Shown here piece by piece: positions 60,392 to 64,000 of a stretch of 64,000 nt of DNA. The notes beneath the pieces were generated by a model. The model did not search any database. It worked only from the letters and a program-made list of their open reading frames with translations, and was not told the origin of the DNA. The DNA comes from Sinorhizobium sp. (GTDB lineage Bacteria > Pseudomonadota > Alphaproteobacteria > Rhizobiales > Rhizobiaceae). Numbering within the stretch: the stretch's first letter is position 1; every line of letters begins with the position of its first letter. The DNA lies in contig JAPSJG010000001.1 in the NCBI GenBank assembly GCA_031178305.1, positions 7,830 through 71,829 on the forward strand. The letters are read 5' to 3'. The position numbers were made by a program, and so were the translations under genes.

Positions 60392-61227
60392 TGCACAAGT
60401 ATTTGATCCCGTTGCTGCTCTGCGCGGCATTTTTCCACGGCAGCGCTGCACGGGCCGACGAGCGGCCGGCTGTTCCCGACCGTATAGCGACGTCAAAGAA
60501 GGTTCGCATCGCCGTCAATGCTGGGTTTCCGCCCATGGAGATGCGCGACCCTAAGAGCAATGAGCTCATCGGGTTCGACATTGATTTGGGTAATGCCATC
60601 GCCGCCGAACTCGATCTTGAAACGGAATGGGTGGATGGCGCGTTCGAGCAAATGATTCCGGCGCTCGTATCCAAACGGGTCGACTTAATCATGAGCGGCA
60701 TCTCGGATCTGCCGGAGCGGCGCGCGACCGCCGACTTCATTGATTACCTAAAGTCAGGGACGCAAATCTACGCGATGACCAATGGTCCGCTTTCACAACC
60801 GTCCGACCTGTGTGGCCATACGGCAACCGTCAGCCTAGGCACCTCTATGCCGGACGAGCTAAAGAAGTGGGCCAAACAGACTTGTGACGACAATGGCAAG
60901 CTGCCATTGAAGATCATTCTCGACAACAATCTCGGTCAGCAGATTATCAACTTAAAGCAAGGGCGGGCGCAGGCTGGGGTGCAGGCTCTGGAGGGAATCG
61001 ACCTAATCCTCGAAAAGGAGAAGGGTGCGATGAAGCTGATCGGCGAGCCTATCCATGTGACCTTCCAAGGCATCGCATTCCGCAAAGATGATACGGTGCT
61101 TCGCGATGCTTTCTTCTGGGCCGTCAAGCAAAAGTTCGAGGACGGTACCTATGCTAAGCTCCTTGAGAAGTGGAAGCTGACCACCGCTGCTTATCCGACG
61201 CCAACGATTAACAAAGATCCGGAGTGA
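60391..61227 (+). CDS. Polar amino-acid ABC substrate-binding protein (paralogue of 38608-39444)
   Basis: Signal peptide, FPPMEM, GFDIDL, DFIDY, DLCG. Confidence 0.9.
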   Translation: MHKYLIPLLLCAAFFHGSAARADERPAVPDRIATSKKVRIAVNAGFPPMEMRDPKSNELIGFDIDLGNAIAAELDLETEWVDGAFEQMIPALVSKRVDLIMSGISDLPERRATADFIDYLKSGTQIYAMTNGPLSQPSDLCGHTATVSLGTSMPDELKKWAKQTCDDNGKLPLKIILDNNLGQQIINLKQGRAQAGVQALEGIDLILEKEKGAMKLIGEPIHVTFQGIAFRKDDTVLRDAFFWAVKQKFEDGTYAKLLEKWKLTTAAYPTPTINKDPE

Positions 61228-62120
61228 CGGCCGTGACCGCGCAACATTGCGGTTCAGGAGCGGTTGCGGCTATGCCAACCTCGTTGCCGCGCCTGGATAT
61301 CGCCGAAGCCGTACGTGTCAGGCGGTTCCGCCCGCTACGATTATTACTTGGCGCCCTCGCCATCGCATTTGCGATCTTCGTTTTCAAAGCTTTTGCTGAT
61401 GCGCAGATCGACTGGAGCGTGGTTGGGGAATATCTGCTGGCGCGAATTACAATAGTCGGACTCGGCTTTACAATCCTGATGACTGTCGTTGCGATGCTGA
61501 TCGGATTGTCCGTCGCGGTGTTGCTTGCTGTCGGGTTCGGCTCTCACAATCCGGTCATCCGCTGGATCTGCAAGACATATGTCTGGCTTTTTCGCGGAAC
61601 GCCGCAGCTCCTCCAACTGCTTCTTTGGTACAATCTTGCACTGGTATTCCCGGTCGCGGGGCTTCCTGGTCTGGGCTCTTGGCAAACGGTCGATCTGATG
61701 GGACCCTTCGCCGCGGCGGCGATCGGGCTTGGCCTTAATGCAGGCGCCTACATGTCGGAGATCATCCGTTCGGGGCTGCTCTCGGTCGACGCCGGACAGT
61801 ATGAAGCGGCCAAAGCGATTGGCATGACGCGAGGCAAGGCTTTGCGGAAGGTAATCTTCCCACAGGCGATGCGCGTGATTATTCCGCCGCTCGGCAATGA
61901 ATTCATCGGAATGACCAAAAACACTTCGCTTGCCAGCATTGTTGGTTTCGGCGAGCTGATCTTCGTCATGCAGTCGATCTACTTCTACAATTTCAAGGTG
62001 ATCGAGATGCTGCTCGTGTCGGCCTTTTGGTATCTCATCGTCACATCGATTTTGTCGGTCGGGCAGTATCAACTGGAAAAAAGGTTCGGACGCGGCTTTG
62101 GGCGGGGAGGGAGGCTGTGA
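61224..62120 (+). CDS. Polar amino-acid ABC permease (paralogue of 39441-40334)
   Basis: [32 protein letters not shown]. Confidence 0.9.
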   Translation: MTAVTAQHCGSGAVAAMPTSLPRLDIAEAVRVRRFRPLRLLLGALAIAFAIFVFKAFADAQIDWSVVGEYLLARITIVGLGFTILMTVVAMLIGLSVAVLLAVGFGSHNPVIRWICKTYVWLFRGTPQLLQLLLWYNLALVFPVAGLPGLGSWQTVDLMGPFAAAAIGLGLNAGAYMSEIIRSGLLSVDAGQYEAAKAIGMTRGKALRKVIFPQAMRVIIPPLGNEFIGMTKNTSLASIVGFGELIFVMQSIYFYNFKVIEMLLVSAFWYLIVTSILSVGQYQLEKRFGRGFGRGGRL

Positions 62121-62917
62121 ACGTCGTTTCCGCCGTAAACCTCTCGAAGAGCTTCGGAGCGCTCGAGGTTCTTAAGGGCATAGATCTCGACATCGCGAAA
62201 GGGGAGGTCGTCTGCATCATCGGGCCCTCGGGTTCGGGAAAGACCACGTTCCTACGATGCATTAATCAGCTAGAATCTATCAGCGGTGGCGCGCTCTGGG
62301 TCAATGGCGAGCTCGCCGGATATCGGATTATCGGAGAGCGTATCCAGCCGCTGGATGAGCACGAGATTGCCCTCCAGCGCCGAGCGACCGGTATGGTGTT
62401 CCAGCGCTTTAATCTTTTCGCTCATTTGACCGCCGAACAGAACGTTGCCCTTGGACCGATCGAAGTTTTGGGGCAAGACCGGGCGCAGGCACTGGGGACA
62501 GCTAGAGACCTTCTTACTCGCGTCGGTCTCAGCCATAAGCTTAAGTCTTATCCTGCCGAGCTCTCCGGCGGCCAGCAGCAACGTGTTGCGATCGCTAGGG
62601 CGATGGCCATGAACCCGCAAGTATTGCTGTTTGACGAACCGACCTCCGCGCTTGACCCGGAGCTTGTGGGAGAGGTCCTCAAAGTTATGCAGGAGGTCGC
62701 AACAACTGGGATCACCATGGTCGTTGCGACCCATGAACTGAATTTTGCGCGGGATGTCTCGGATCGGGTTGTCTTCATGGCGGACGGCCGCATTCTAGAG
62801 GTCGGCTCCCCGGAGCGCATACTTACTGAACCCGAGGAGCCACGCCTCAGAACCTTTCTAAGTGCCCTCAGCGGATCGCGTGCTGAGAGCGGAGGCTCAC
62901 ATGCGCAAAGAACGTAA
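62117..62917 (+). CDS. Polar amino-acid ABC ATPase
   Basis: [22 protein letters not shown]; GTGA overlap. Confidence 0.9.
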   Translation: MNVVSAVNLSKSFGALEVLKGIDLDIAKGEVVCIIGPSGSGKTTFLRCINQLESISGGALWVNGELAGYRIIGERIQPLDEHEIALQRRATGMVFQRFNLFAHLTAEQNVALGPIEVLGQDRAQALGTARDLLTRVGLSHKLKSYPAELSGGQQQRVAIARAMAMNPQVLLFDEPTSALDPELVGEVLKVMQEVATTGITMVVATHELNFARDVSDRVVFMADGRILEVGSPERILTEPEEPRLRTFLSALSGSRAESGGSHAQRT

Positions 62918-64000
62918 ATTCTACATCGACGGCCAGTGGGTCGATCCGCTGAAGCCCAATGACCTCGAAGTGATCAACCCCGCGACGGAAAAGCCGATCG
63001 CGGTCATCGCCATGGGCACCGCGGCCGATATCGACCGCGCAGTCGCCGCCGCCAAGAGGGCGTTTGCAACCTACGGCCAGACGAGCGTGGAGGAGCGCCT
63101 CGCGCTGCTCGAAAGGCTTCTCGAGATCTACAAGCGCCGCTACGAGGAGATGGCGCGCACCATCACCGCCGAACTCGGCGCGCCGATCACTATGAGCTCC
63201 GAGCAGCAGGCCGATGTCGGCGTCGGCCACCTCCAGGGCTTCATCGACGCGCTGAAGCGCCTCAAGACCCGCGAAGTGTTGCCGAACGGCGATGTCGTGC
63301 GCCGCGAACCGATCGGTGTCTGCGGTCTGATCACGCCCTGGAACTGGCCGATCAACCAGATCGTGCTCAAAGTGGTGCCGGCGCTGGCCACGGGTTCGAC
63401 CTGCGTTCTGAAGCCCTCGGAATTCACGCCGTTGAATGCGCTGCTATATGCGGAAATGGTGCATGAGGCGGGCTTCCCGGCGGGCTCGTTCAACCTCGTC
63501 AACGGCGACGGCTTCGAATGCGGGGCGGCACTCTCCAAGCACAAAGATATCGACATGATGTCCTTCACCGGCTCCACGCGCGCCGGCATTGCCGTTAGCA
63601 AGGATGCTGCAGATACGGTCAAGCGAGTGACACTGGAACTCGGCGGCAAGTCGCCGAACCTCGTCTTCGCAGATGCGGACCTAGAGGATCGCGTGGCCGG
63701 CAGCGTACGCGAATGCTTCAACAATTCCGGCCAATCCTGCGATGCGCCGACGCGCATGCTCGTCGAACGTTCGGTGTATGACAAGGTAGTCGAGATCGCC
63801 GAGCGCACCGGCAAGGCGACCAAGGTCGGCAATCCGGAGGAGGAAGGCGAGCATATCGGCCCGCTCGTCTCGCATATCCAGTTCGGCCGCGTTCAGGCGC
63901 TGATCGAGGCGGGTGTTGCCGAAGGCGCGCGCCTTGTTGTCGGCGGTCCCGGCAAGCCAGAAGGTTTTGAGACCGGCTACTTCGTCAAGCCGACGATCTT
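62901..64000 (+). CDS. Aldehyde dehydrogenase; 3' end outside window
   Basis: Manual translation from ATG 62901 (GGAGG RBS): [50 protein letters not shown]. Confidence 0.92.
   Translation, partial: MRKERKFYIDGQWVDPLKPNDLEVINPATEKPIAVIAMGTAADIDRAVAAAKRAFATYGQTSVEERLALLERLLEIYKRRYEEMARTITAELGAPITMSSEQQADVGVGHLQGFIDALKRLKTREVLPNGDVVRREPIGVCGLITPWNWPINQIVLKVVPALATGSTCVLKPSEFTPLNALLYAEMVHEAGFPAGSFNLVNGDGFECGAALSKHKDIDMMSFTGSTRAGIAVSKDAADTVKRVTLELGGKSPNLVFADADLEDRVAGSVRECFNNSGQSCDAPTRMLVERSVYDKVVEIAERTGKATKVGNPEEEGEHIGPLVSHIQFGRVQALIEAGVAEGARLVVGGPGKPEGFETGYFVKPTI

Overview
GC-rich alphaproteobacterial (Rhizobiaceae-like, probably chromid/megaplasmid) DNA made almost entirely of small-molecule uptake and catabolism modules. 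I saw no rRNA, tRNA, CRISPR array, intact IS or phage gene. Left to right: (1) an frl-like Amadori module (OCD/mu-crystallin, GntR-UTRA regulator, FrlB-like deglycase; divergent GlpD-like oxidase, FrlC-like epimerase, StcD/DgcA-like flavoenzyme); (2) a santhopine socRABCD locus; (3) an octopine-type occR-occQMPT-ooxB-ferredoxin-ooxA operon ending in Rid + enolase-superfamily genes instead of ocd; (4) a sugar ABC + kinase + SIS protein + ROK repressor module; (5) a TetR-linked block (AbgB-like amidohydrolase, small unknown protein, PLP enzymes, aldolase; deacetylase, polar ABC, carbamoylase, AruI-like decarboxylase); (6) an IclR-linked N-heterocycle/hydantoin block with two divergent amidohydrolase paralogues, PuuE, hydantoinase and a Pot-type ABC; (7) an aminotransferase-ABC-aldehyde dehydrogenase operon carrying the same palindrome as block 5. 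Repeated operator-like palindromes outline several candidate regulons whose substrates are unknown. All family calls come from motifs and recalled homologues, not from database searches.
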